This document shows, one piece after another, positions 20,090-28,438 of a stretch of DNA of 32,000 nucleotides; the stretch's first letter is position 1, and every line of letters starts with the position of its first letter. The notes under the pieces are model-generated. The model was given only the letters and a program-made list of their open reading frames with translations. It did no database searches and was not told where the DNA came from. The translations under genes and the position numbers were made by a program. Where the stretch lies: positions 2,580,001 through 2,612,000 of the forward strand of contig NC_008312.1 in assembly GCF_000014265.1 (NCBI RefSeq), read 5' to 3'. This DNA is from Trichodesmium erythraeum IMS101. Lineage in GTDB: Bacteria; Cyanobacteriota; Cyanobacteriia; Cyanobacteriales; Microcoleaceae.

Positions 20090-21229
20090 CTATTTTTTAA
20101 TTTTGATAATTATCTCATAATCGCGATTTCTTCCATCAGGACAATTAAGCCTAACTTGAGAACTAGATATTAAAGTACGACTCAAAACTTTTTTCCCATT
20201 AAGATAAATTTCTGCATTCCCAGTTGGTTCTAGAGAAAGTCGATTTCCTTTCCTGATTAAAAAACCTCGAATTTCTGGTCCGGGGGTATCTATTGAATCA
20301 ACACAAAATTCATCATATTCACCAATAGCAATTTTTTTATTATTCGGCAAACGACAAATTTGGTATTCCTCGATTTTACTGCTACTAAAATCAACAATTA
20401 ACTCCCATTTTTTTTGCAGACTTATCCATTTTTTTACTCCCACTATAAACCCTATAAAAACCAACAAAAAAATTAACCCAGGTAGCCATAATAACTTCCC
20501 TAAATAAGAATTAACCAAACAAGTTTCCCTGCCTCCCGGTGCTGGGGTACAAAATTCTTGAACAGTAGGAGCAATATCCACAACCGCTAGTTGATATTCT
20601 TCACCATTTTCTGTTCTAATTAACAGCTTTCTCTCGTCTAAAGGTAAAGCATTTATCCAAGATATTCGCCGTTGACTTTCCTCAGAATTTTCTACTCTAA
20701 AAGGGCTATCTTTAGGAGTTTCTATCCACACATTTGAATCAATTCCTGCTGCAGTTAAAAGTGGTGCATCAGTAATCCAAATTACCGACTGAGGTTTAAT
20801 CGATTGATTTTTTTCTAAGCGACATTGATTAATCTGAGCTAGGTTTTGATAAAGAAATAATTCTGCTCCTTGAATATCCGTATTTTGTAGAGTTAAATTT
20901 GGCTTAAATGGCACTAACTCCAAAATTTTACTGATGTCTTGTTTGCCATTAAATTTAACTGCCCCTTCAACTGTCAAGGGATTAATTCTTGGTGCGAGAG
21001 GATTAATATTTGTGGCAAAAGGTACAACATAGACTTTATCTCCAGGCCGCAAACTATCTTTAACGATCTGACGCAAACGGATACGACCTTCATCATTTAA
21101 GCCTACACTTTCTGTTAAGTCAATTGCTAATACTACATCTCGTCCACCATAAATATTGGCAACTAATTCTAGCCCTGTTTTTTGCCAATATTGGATATTT
21201 TGTCCTGTACTAACTATGGAACAATTCAC
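20090..21229 (-). CDS. vWA domain - single TM - FHA-like domain protein
   Basis: 379 aa. MIDAS-like VVLAIDLTES at residues 33-41 (DLTES at nt 21107-21121). Hydrophobic helix LLWLPGLIFLLVFIGFIVGV at about residues 246-265. The C-terminal KIAIGEYDEFCV...IRGFLIRKGNRLSLEPTGNAEIYLNGKKV resembles a degenerate FHA fold. The apparent start is GTG with no obvious SD, so the 5' end is uncertain. Confidence 0.65.
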   Translation of the reverse strand: MNCSIVSTGQNIQYWQKTGLELVANIYGGRDVVLAIDLTESVGLNDEGRIRLRQIVKDSLRPGDKVYVVPFATNINPLAPRINPLTVEGAVKFNGKQDISKILELVPFKPNLTLQNTDIQGAELFLYQNLAQINQCRLEKNQSIKPQSVIWITDAPLLTAAGIDSNVWIETPKDSPFRVENSEESQRRISWINALPLDERKLLIRTENGEEYQLAVVDIAPTVQEFCTPAPGGRETCLVNSYLGKLLWLPGLIFLLVFIGFIVGVKKWISLQKKWELIVDFSSSKIEEYQICRLPNNKKIAIGEYDEFCVDSIDTPGPEIRGFLIRKGNRLSLEPTGNAEIYLNGKKVLSRTLISSSQVRLNCPDGRNRDYEIIIKIKK

Positions 21230-21371
21230 TACAAATAAAAAATTAGAAAATGAGTTAATGGTGATTAATAATTGAATTAATTAAACTATAACCCATCATA
21301 GGTCAAAAAAATATAGTCACATAAGACATATTCTCCTGCATTGCAGGTGTTAACCTGACTAGGTGAACTAC

Positions 21372-21420
21372 AACTAATAACTAATAACTAATAATTGATA
21401 ATTGATAATTGATAATGAAT
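21372..21420. repeat. Heptamer tandem repeat (AACTAAT)x3 (AATTGAT)x3 AATGAAT, STRR-like
   Basis: Seven consecutive 7-nt units were counted directly. The array lies in the divergent spacer between the vWA gene and the MATE gene. Confidence 0.9.
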
Positions 21421-21979
21421 AATTACCTCTAATTAAAACCGTATTGATCCTCACAGAAAGTAACATCAAGTGTTCAATAAATGTTATTTTCGATACTCCA
21501 ATGAGTTTGAATAGCATGGCGAAGGAATTGGATATTACCAGGTAGAGAGGTCATTTTAGTTATTAGTTATCAATGCTTATCCCTGAAATTGGAGACTTGA
21601 AATACCGAATATTTTTTTGAATTGACCACTTTATTTACCTATAGTAGTAGTTAAACATAACGGTTTTATAAATCGTAATTTCGTTTCTTGATAACTAACT
21701 TTTGTGAGTCAAACGAAAAATAAATCTATAGGTTCTATTTTTGTAGCATTTAGGTACATATCAATTTTGAATAAAGCCAAAAAATTATCACTTTTAAGGA
21801 AAACTTAACCGGAAACAAGGAATAGAAAAAAAGTATTTTTGCCAATAAAATATGAAATGCATTCTAACATCTAAATTATCCAGTATCTAAAACGGCAAAT
21901 AATTTTGCTTATGCTTTACATAAAATCAGCATAAAATTTGTATGAGCAAACTATAAAAAATTATGAAAAATTTGGGAAT

Positions 21980-23347
21980 ATGAAATCTATAATTAAAAAT
22001 AGCTTTATTCGATTAACTTTAGTCAACATTTTATCTAATTTAATGGTACCTTTAGCAAGTCTAATAGACTTAGCTTTTTTAGGTTATTTAGATGAAATTC
22101 GTCATTTAGCAGGAGTTTCCATTGCCACAGTTTTATTTAACTATATTTACTGGACTTTTGGATTTTTACGCATGAGTACAACTGGTACAACTGCTCAAGC
22201 TAATGGCAGTAGAAATTACCACGAAGTAAAACAAATTTGTCTACGTAATTGCTTAATTGCTTTAACCATTGCCACAATAATTATAATTTTCCAATATCCT
22301 TTACGAGAAATTGGCTTTAATTTACTTAGTGCAACTCCAGAAGTAAAAGCTAGTGGTATTAACTACTATAAAAGTTTAATTTGGGGTGCCCCTGCTACCT
22401 TATTAAACTTCGTATTAATAGGTTGGTTTTTAGGACTCGAACAAGGAGGAAAAGTTTTACTATTATCAATAGTTAATAAAGGAACAAATATTATCCTAGA
22501 CTATATTTTTATTGTTCGTTGGGGATGGGAAAGTAGCGGAGCTGGTAGTGCTACAGCAATAAGTCAATATATAACTTTAGTTATCGGTATGATTTGTGTT
22601 TTTAAATTCATATATTTAGCAGAAATTCCTCAGTTAATCAAAAATATTTGGCAACCTCAAGTAATTAAAAAAACTTTTATTCTCAATCGAGATATTCTGA
22701 TTCGTACTTTTGCTATAATTTCTACTTTTGCTGTATTTACTAATTTAAGCTCATACATAAATACTCTAGTTTTAGTAACTAATACTCTGTTATTACAGGT
22801 AGTTACATTAGCCGCTTATTTTATTGACGGTCTAGCTTTTGCCACAGAAAGCTTAGCAGGAAAAAGTTATGGTAAAAGAAATCAAAAAGAATTAAAAGCA
22901 TTGGTAAAATTATCAGGGATAATTGGTATAAGTATCGGATTAATTTTTGCCTTTATTTTCTGTTTATTCCCGACTACTTTATTTAGTTTGTTGACTAATC
23001 ATACTCAGGTTATTAACAATATTAGTAGTTATGTTTTATGGTTAATACCTATCTTGGGTTTTGGAGGCATAGCTTATATTTTAGATGGTTATTTTCTAGG
23101 TTTAACTCAAGGAAATTTGTTGCGCAATTCTACTTTAGTTGCTAGTTTAATAGGATTTTTACCCTTTGCTATAGTCGGTTTATTGTTAAAAAATAATCAT
23201 ATATTATGGTTATCTTTGGCAATGTTTATGGCAACTAGAGCTATTACTCTAGGTAAGGCTATTCCTAATATAATTGTTGAAAAATTTTCGGCTTCAATAG
23301 AACTCATCAAAGACAAGAATAATAAAAAACATATTACTCCTAAATAA
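21980..23347 (+). CDS. MATE family efflux transporter (DinF-like)
   Basis: About 12 hydrophobic segments. The N-terminal LVNILSNLMVPLASLIDLAFLGYL...LAGVSIA block is typical of MATE/DinF proteins. The track ORF begins at a TTG at 21938, and the first ATG (21980) is the more likely start. Confidence 0.85.
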   Translation: MKSIIKNSFIRLTLVNILSNLMVPLASLIDLAFLGYLDEIRHLAGVSIATVLFNYIYWTFGFLRMSTTGTTAQANGSRNYHEVKQICLRNCLIALTIATIIIIFQYPLREIGFNLLSATPEVKASGINYYKSLIWGAPATLLNFVLIGWFLGLEQGGKVLLLSIVNKGTNIILDYIFIVRWGWESSGAGSATAISQYITLVIGMICVFKFIYLAEIPQLIKNIWQPQVIKKTFILNRDILIRTFAIISTFAVFTNLSSYINTLVLVTNTLLLQVVTLAAYFIDGLAFATESLAGKSYGKRNQKELKALVKLSGIIGISIGLIFAFIFCLFPTTLFSLLTNHTQVINNISSYVLWLIPILGFGGIAYILDGYFLGLTQGNLLRNSTLVASLIGFLPFAIVGLLLKNNHILWLSLAMFMATRAITLGKAIPNIIVEKFSASIELIKDKNNKKHITPK

Positions 23348-23826
23348 CTCTTTTTATTCCATAATTTACCACTAAATTAGGTTGGAATTCTACCCTTTAA
23401 AGGTGATAACAAAAAGCGTAAGTAGGTGGGTTTAATTATTCCTACAATAATAATAAAAATTCAAAAAGGTGAAAAGCTCTTGAAAAGTTACTTATAAGTC
23501 TCTTTTCATATTTTTCATTTTAATCTTTATTTGTGCCTACTTACTTAGTCTTGCTCCCATAATAGTTTTTGAGTAAAATGGAGATGTGGAGTCATGAGAT
23601 GATGGGATGATAGAATGATAGGGGGTATTTTTCCTGTTCTGGGAACCTGATGCCTGATCTTGAATTTTTTCCTCAGACGACCATCAAAAAATTGCCACGC
23701 CCCCATCTCTTTCACATCAATATGCATCACCACTAAACAAAGAAAATTCAGTATTTCAAGCCCTCCCTATTGCGCGAGGCACTGTTAACTGATAACTCAT
23801 AACTAAAACTATATTAGGTGAACATT

Positions 23827-24516
23827 ATGACAGTAATAATTAACTTCTGGAAAGGTACACTTGGATATACTGCATATAATGCTATATATGGGTTAGATGT
23901 AGGTCACGCTTCTATGCAGGTTATTAATAACAAAAACCCCAAAGATGAAATTTATATAAGCCATAACCCTAAAATTAAAAACTCTATAGCTTTTTTGCCC
24001 AACTCTCGCAAATATCTTTCTTTAGAATCTATTGTAGCAGATAGTTTTATTCCTAGAGAAAAACATATTTCTTTTGAAAAAGATTGTGATAACCGGGATA
24101 GTAAACCTAACAATAAAATTGTTATTTATGGTTTAAATGAATCTCCGATAATAAAGTTTTCTCAAAAGTATTTAAATAATGATTTATCAAAAGAAAAAAC
24201 TAAATATCATTTTATCAAAAATAATTGTTGTACAGTTATAGTTTATTTGATTTCCAAGGGACTAGACCGTAATCAAAAAAACTCTAAGTTGTGTTCACCT
24301 TCGAGTTATCAAACCGATTCATTTTTTGGATATGACTCTAATATTGAGAAATTAGTTATAAGTTTTAATAAAAAATTTTGGTCTCCCCGTTCCCTGAAAT
24401 CTTTTGTTAAAAAAGTCAAAAATAAAACTGATAAAAAATCCTCTTTACTATCCTTTTCTGTGCCTAAAAGAAAACTCTTATTACCACAATCACTTGAGAA
24501 TTTATTTGATAGGTAA
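23827..24516 (+). CDS. Hypothetical protein with permuted papain-like His...Cys motifs (PPPDE/DeSI- or LRAT/NlpC-like putative thiol peptidase)
   Basis: LDVGHASMQV (His block) is followed ~110 residues later by KYHFIKNNCCTVIVYLISKGL, which resembles the Y-x-L-x-x-NNC-x-HF Cys block of PPPDE/LRAT-type enzymes. An AGGTGA SD-like sequence lies upstream of the ATG at 23827. The track ORF starts at a GTG at 23818. Confidence 0.45.
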   Translation: MTVIINFWKGTLGYTAYNAIYGLDVGHASMQVINNKNPKDEIYISHNPKIKNSIAFLPNSRKYLSLESIVADSFIPREKHISFEKDCDNRDSKPNNKIVIYGLNESPIIKFSQKYLNNDLSKEKTKYHFIKNNCCTVIVYLISKGLDRNQKNSKLCSPSSYQTDSFFGYDSNIEKLVISFNKKFWSPRSLKSFVKKVKNKTDKKSSLLSFSVPKRKLLLPQSLENLFDR

Positions 24517-24669
24517 TCCATAGAAAAATGCAATGAAAAGTCATAATAAATATAGTTATAAATGCATTGCATTTTTAAACTTATTCTCTAACTATTCTGT
24601 ATTTTACCTTCTACTTTCAGTAAAGAGATTTTGATAATTTTTTAAAAGTTTCTCAGTAATTTTTTTAGT

Positions 24670-25401
24670 ATGAAATTTATTGGAATAGACCTAGGTTGGC
24701 AGTCTGGAAAAAGCGGTCTTTGCTGTCTACAATACTCAGATAATAAATTAAAAATATTAGACATAGACTGCATACTAGAAATTGAAGATATTCTCAATTG
24801 GATTGATAATTTAACTCCCCTTTCAACTCCAGCTCTAATTGCCGTAGATGCTCCCACAATAATTCCTAATAAAACAGGAACTAGACTACCAGATAAACTT
24901 ACTCATAAATATTTTGGTCGTTATCATGCAGGATGTTATCCGGCAAATCTTAACCGTCCTTTTGCTCAGAGAACAGTCAAATTTGGCATTAGTTTAGAAG
25001 CTAAAGAATTTATCCATGCACCAACCATTAAGCCTCAAAAAATAGGACGTTTTCAAATTGAAGTTTTCCCCCATCCAGCTATAGTTAATCTGTTTCAATT
25101 AGAAAAAATTTTGAAATATAAAAAAGGTAGGTTAGCCGACCGTAAATTAGAACTTTTGAAACTGCAAAAATACATTATAAATATTCTACCAACTCTAGAG
25201 CCCGCTCTAGTAATTTCCCACAACTTCCTAAATACCGAAACAATTAATAGTATCACCACTCTCAAAACTACAGAAGATAAATTAGACAGTTTAATTTGTG
25301 CTTATATTGGAGCATATTGGTGGTATTGGGGTGAAACAAAAAACTTGGTATTGGGAAATCACACAACTGGATATATAGTAGTTCCTAAAAGATTAGATTA
25401 A
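24670..25401 (+). CDS. DUF429-family protein (predicted RNase H-fold protein)
   Basis: 243 aa. MKFIGIDLGWQSGKSGLCCL, IAVDAPTIIPNKTGTRLPD, FGRYHAGCYPAN and DSLICAYIGAYWW match my recollection of the conserved cyanobacterial DUF429 family. Confidence 0.65.
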   Translation: MKFIGIDLGWQSGKSGLCCLQYSDNKLKILDIDCILEIEDILNWIDNLTPLSTPALIAVDAPTIIPNKTGTRLPDKLTHKYFGRYHAGCYPANLNRPFAQRTVKFGISLEAKEFIHAPTIKPQKIGRFQIEVFPHPAIVNLFQLEKILKYKKGRLADRKLELLKLQKYIINILPTLEPALVISHNFLNTETINSITTLKTTEDKLDSLICAYIGAYWWYWGETKNLVLGNHTTGYIVVPKRLD

Positions 25402-25415
25402 ACCCTGCTAAAGTT

Positions 25416-25961
25416 ATGAAAGAAAATGTAGACGAACTGAAATTAGAAATAGATACTTTACATAGAGAAATAGATAGTTTACAAAGCCAAATAGAGACAC
25501 TTAGTCAAAAACGTTCCTCTTTCCAAATAAATATTAGCTTTCCTAAAGATAATACTCCTGAAGTACTAGCAGAATTTCGTCAAAAAAATATCGAAGAAGC
25601 TGCAAAGTGGCAAGGAGAAATTCAAAAAATTAATCAAGCTCTTAAAGTATTAAAGCCACAACTTAATCAGAAAAAAATTACCCTACAAGAAAAAAAATAT
25701 CGACTACAATACCTCGAATTACAACAGCAAGTTTACGAAGGAGCAAAAAATCTACAAGAACAAGTGCAAAAAGTCAACGAAAAAGCTAATCAACTTGAAG
25801 TCGAAATACAAAATCTTAAACAAATTTGTCAACAATTAAATCCACTTTATCATCAATGGGTGAAAAACCCAGCCAATATAATGGATTTTAATGCCACAAC
25901 CATCCCTTATGTTTATATTCAAGATAATAGCTTTGAATTAGGCAATAAAAATATTAAGTAA
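25416..25961 (+). CDS. Coiled-coil protein of unknown function, probably co-transcribed with the DUF429 gene
   Basis: 181-aa ORF starting 14 nt after the DUF429 stop. It has heptad-like E/K/Q/L-rich sequence and no recognisable motifs. Confidence 0.5.
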   Translation: MKENVDELKLEIDTLHREIDSLQSQIETLSQKRSSFQINISFPKDNTPEVLAEFRQKNIEEAAKWQGEIQKINQALKVLKPQLNQKKITLQEKKYRLQYLELQQQVYEGAKNLQEQVQKVNEKANQLEVEIQNLKQICQQLNPLYHQWVKNPANIMDFNATTIPYVYIQDNSFELGNKNIK

Positions 25962-26045
25962 ACTGCCATTACAATTTAAAATCTACTTATTTGCACTTAT
26001 ATGACATCCCTATAAATTTACAACAATATTGTAGTCATATCCTAG

Positions 26046-26073
26046 GTTGGGTTAAGCGATAGCGCAACCCAAC
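26046..26073. repeat. Stem-loop gttgggtt-aagcgatagcgc-aacccaac (cyanobacterial AACCCAAC-type hairpin element)
   Basis: Perfect 8-bp stem plus an inner gcg/cgc pair, read directly. It resembles a short hairpin repeat common in filamentous cyanobacteria, from recollection. Confidence 0.5.
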
Positions 26074-26717
26074 AAATATAACCACTTAAACAAAATTGCT
26101 TACTTAGTCTAATTTTATGTCAGATATACAATATAAAAAAATGAGCTCCACAAAATGTGTGATTAATTTTTATCTACCTTCTTAACAAAATCAACAAAAA
26201 AAACACTGAAACACTACCCTATTTTTGTTAAAGCTCTTTTAGTTCACAACACCTAACTGAACTTTAAACCAATATACAAATACTAAACTTTTTTATTAAT
26301 TTGATGATGTATTAAAATCAGCAGATAAAAGTCAGCGTAGAAATTTTAATTCATCTTTTAAAATCCCAATAAATCAGCGATCGCATATAATAAATTTTCA
26401 CACTAATTCATTAATTTTACTATCTTAGATAACCCTAAAAACAAGCATCTAAAAAATCTCATTACTCCCTTTCCTCTTGATTCGTTTGCCTCATAATTTT
26501 TCCTGCTTATGTCAGGATTATTAATTACTTAAAATCTTCTTTTTTTATCTTATAAAATCTGTCAATAATCTCATGATAAAACTGTAAAAAAAATCAGTCC
26601 CAAAAATAAAAAAACTCATCTCATACGAACAATTTACCCAATACTTTGAATTATTATCTAGGCAAAAACGTTGAAATTTTATTAACAATATCCAAAATAT
26701 ATTTATCAGTTTACATT

Positions 26718-26768
26718 CTTAAATAGCAACAGTAATTAAACTCAATTCTTAAAGAAAAAAACGACCTG
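26718..26768. repeat. ~51-nt direct repeat, copy 1, in the hemE upstream spacer
   Basis: cttaaatagcaacagtaattaaactcaattcttaaagaaaaaaacgacctg aligns to 26907-26957 at roughly 80% identity with one 1-nt indel. Confidence 0.6.
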
Positions 26769-26906
26769 TAGAGCAAAAACTTAGTAACTTCCAAAAGAAA
26801 ATAACCAATCAAAATTTTGGCAACTCATTGGAGCTTACCCATAATTTACAGCAAGCACAGTCGTTTCTCTAATCTTCTATTCCCACAGAGCCCCACTCCC
26901 TACCCC

Positions 26907-26957
26907 CTTAAATAGCAATAATAATTAAACTTTTTTCTTAAAGACAAAAAAACCTAC
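26907..26957. repeat. ~51-nt direct repeat, copy 2, in the hemE upstream spacer
   Basis: cttaaatagcaataataattaaacttttttcttaaagacaaaaaaacctacc. Confidence 0.6.
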
Positions 26958-27209
26958 CTACCCAACTCCACCTAACAGGAAGAGTTAGGCCTTAGCCCCC
27001 TGCTCAAAGTGCTAACTAGAAAAGCTTTTGAGACACAGTAGCCATATTATTATTTCTTACTCCCTTAATAACTTTAAGTAAACTTTCGTTACGATCTCAA
27101 CCTAAATATTTCCACAAGCGTCATGTCCCTGTAAACTTACAATTCAGGACAATTAAATTGACCTAACCAGTTAAAATCAAAGATTTTAGAAGCAAAAGGT
27201 AAAGCAAAT

Positions 27210-28274
27210 ATGGCCCAATTAAGCCAAGTACCCTATTTATTACGAGCAACTCGGGGTGAATTATTAGATCGTCCACCTGTATGGATGATGAGACAGGCAG
27301 GTCGCTACATGAAAGCTTATCGAGACTTACGAGAGAAATATCCCTCATTTCGCGAGCGTTCTGAAAACACAGATATTGCTGTGGAAATATCCCTGCAACC
27401 TTTCCACGCTTTTAAGCCAGATGGAGTAATTTTATTCTCAGACATCCTGACTCCACTCCCAGCAATAGGCATTGATTTTGATATCATCGAAAGCAAAGGA
27501 CCAATTATTGACCCCCCTATTCGCACTGAAGCTCAAATTGACAAGCTTCATCCCATCGAACCAGAAGAGTCTCTACCTTTTATTAGGGAAATTTTACAAA
27601 CTCTCAGAAGAGAAGTTAAGAACGAGGCAGCAGTTTTAGGTTTTATTGGGGCTCCTTGGACTTTAGCTGCTTACGCCATAGAAGGTAAGAGTTGTAAAGA
27701 TTATACCAATATCAAAAAAATGGCTTTTTGTCAACCAGAAATGTTACATAAATTTCTAGGAAAGCTGGCAGAAGCGATCGCCGTTTATGCTCGTTATCAG
27801 ATAAACAGTGGAGCACAAGTCATCCAAATGTTTGATTCTTGGGCAGGTCAACTTAGTCCTCAAGACTATGAAACTTTCGCTTTGCCCTATCAAAAATTAG
27901 TGGTGCAGGAAGTTAAAAAGACCCATCCTAATACACCTTTTATTCTATATATAAATGGTAGTGCCGGATTATTAGAGAGAATGCCCCAGACTGGTGTTGA
28001 TATAGTGAGTGTGGACTGGAGTGTAGACATAGCCGAAGCTAGACAACGCCTTGGTAATAATATTTGTGTACAAGGAAATATAGACCCCGGTGTACTGTTT
28101 GGTTCTCAAGAATTTATCAAATCTCGCATACTAGAAACTATTCGCAAAGCTGGCAACCGAGGTCATATATTAAATTTAGGACATGGTGTTTTGAAAGAAA
28201 CTCCTGAAGAGAATGTAGAGTTCTTCTTTAAAACAGCAAAAGAAATAAGTAGTTTACTAGCATTAACCGCTTAA
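27210..28274 (+). CDS. hemE: Uroporphyrinogen decarboxylase
   Basis: 354 aa. URO-D signature [11 protein letters not shown] near the N-terminus. The ORF is collinear with HemE throughout, including the [10 protein letters not shown] and NLGHG blocks. Confidence 0.96.
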   Translation: MAQLSQVPYLLRATRGELLDRPPVWMMRQAGRYMKAYRDLREKYPSFRERSENTDIAVEISLQPFHAFKPDGVILFSDILTPLPAIGIDFDIIESKGPIIDPPIRTEAQIDKLHPIEPEESLPFIREILQTLRREVKNEAAVLGFIGAPWTLAAYAIEGKSCKDYTNIKKMAFCQPEMLHKFLGKLAEAIAVYARYQINSGAQVIQMFDSWAGQLSPQDYETFALPYQKLVVQEVKKTHPNTPFILYINGSAGLLERMPQTGVDIVSVDWSVDIAEARQRLGNNICVQGNIDPGVLFGSQEFIKSRILETIRKAGNRGHILNLGHGVLKETPEENVEFFFKTAKEISSLLALTA

Positions 28275-28398
28275 GTTTAGTTAGGGTAAATTTGAGATTT
28301 CCATGATTTTTTCAGGGGTTAGTTATAACCTAGCCCTAAATTTATTAGTAAGCATTCAACCGAATGCTTACCATAACAGAGAATTAGATTTTAGTAAG

Positions 28399-28434
28399 AA
28401 CTAACAACTAATAACTGATAACTGATTAACTGAT
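28399..28434. repeat. Heptamer tandem repeat AACTAAC AACTAAT AACTGAT AACTGAT (t) AACTGAT
   Basis: Read directly. The array ends 4 nt before the ATG at 28439. Confidence 0.85.
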
Positions 28435-28438
28435 TTGT

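Noticed and set aside
13406-21229. A canonical Zorya system (types I-III)
   Set aside because: Only the ZorA/ZorB-like architecture is present. None of the adjacent genes shows helicase, nuclease, HNH or ZorC-like features. The neighbours are a tubulin-like GTPase and a vWA-FHA protein.
9271-23403. Recurring small palindrome CCTTTAAAAGG(G) at about 9271, 13306 and 23393 as a possible terminator or binding site
   Set aside because: The stem is only 4-5 bp. It is A/T-rich, lacks a consistent downstream T-tract in the transcribed orientation, and is expected fairly often by chance at this composition.
23545-23733. 62-aa minus-strand ORF in the MATE / papain-like spacer
   Set aside because: It has no SD and no motifs, and its His/Pro-rich composition is odd. 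It is likely spurious, though the spacer could still be transcribed.
24642-24857. 71-aa minus-strand ORF overlapping the DUF429 start
   Set aside because: It is antisense to the conserved N-terminus of the DUF429 protein, so it is a shadow ORF.
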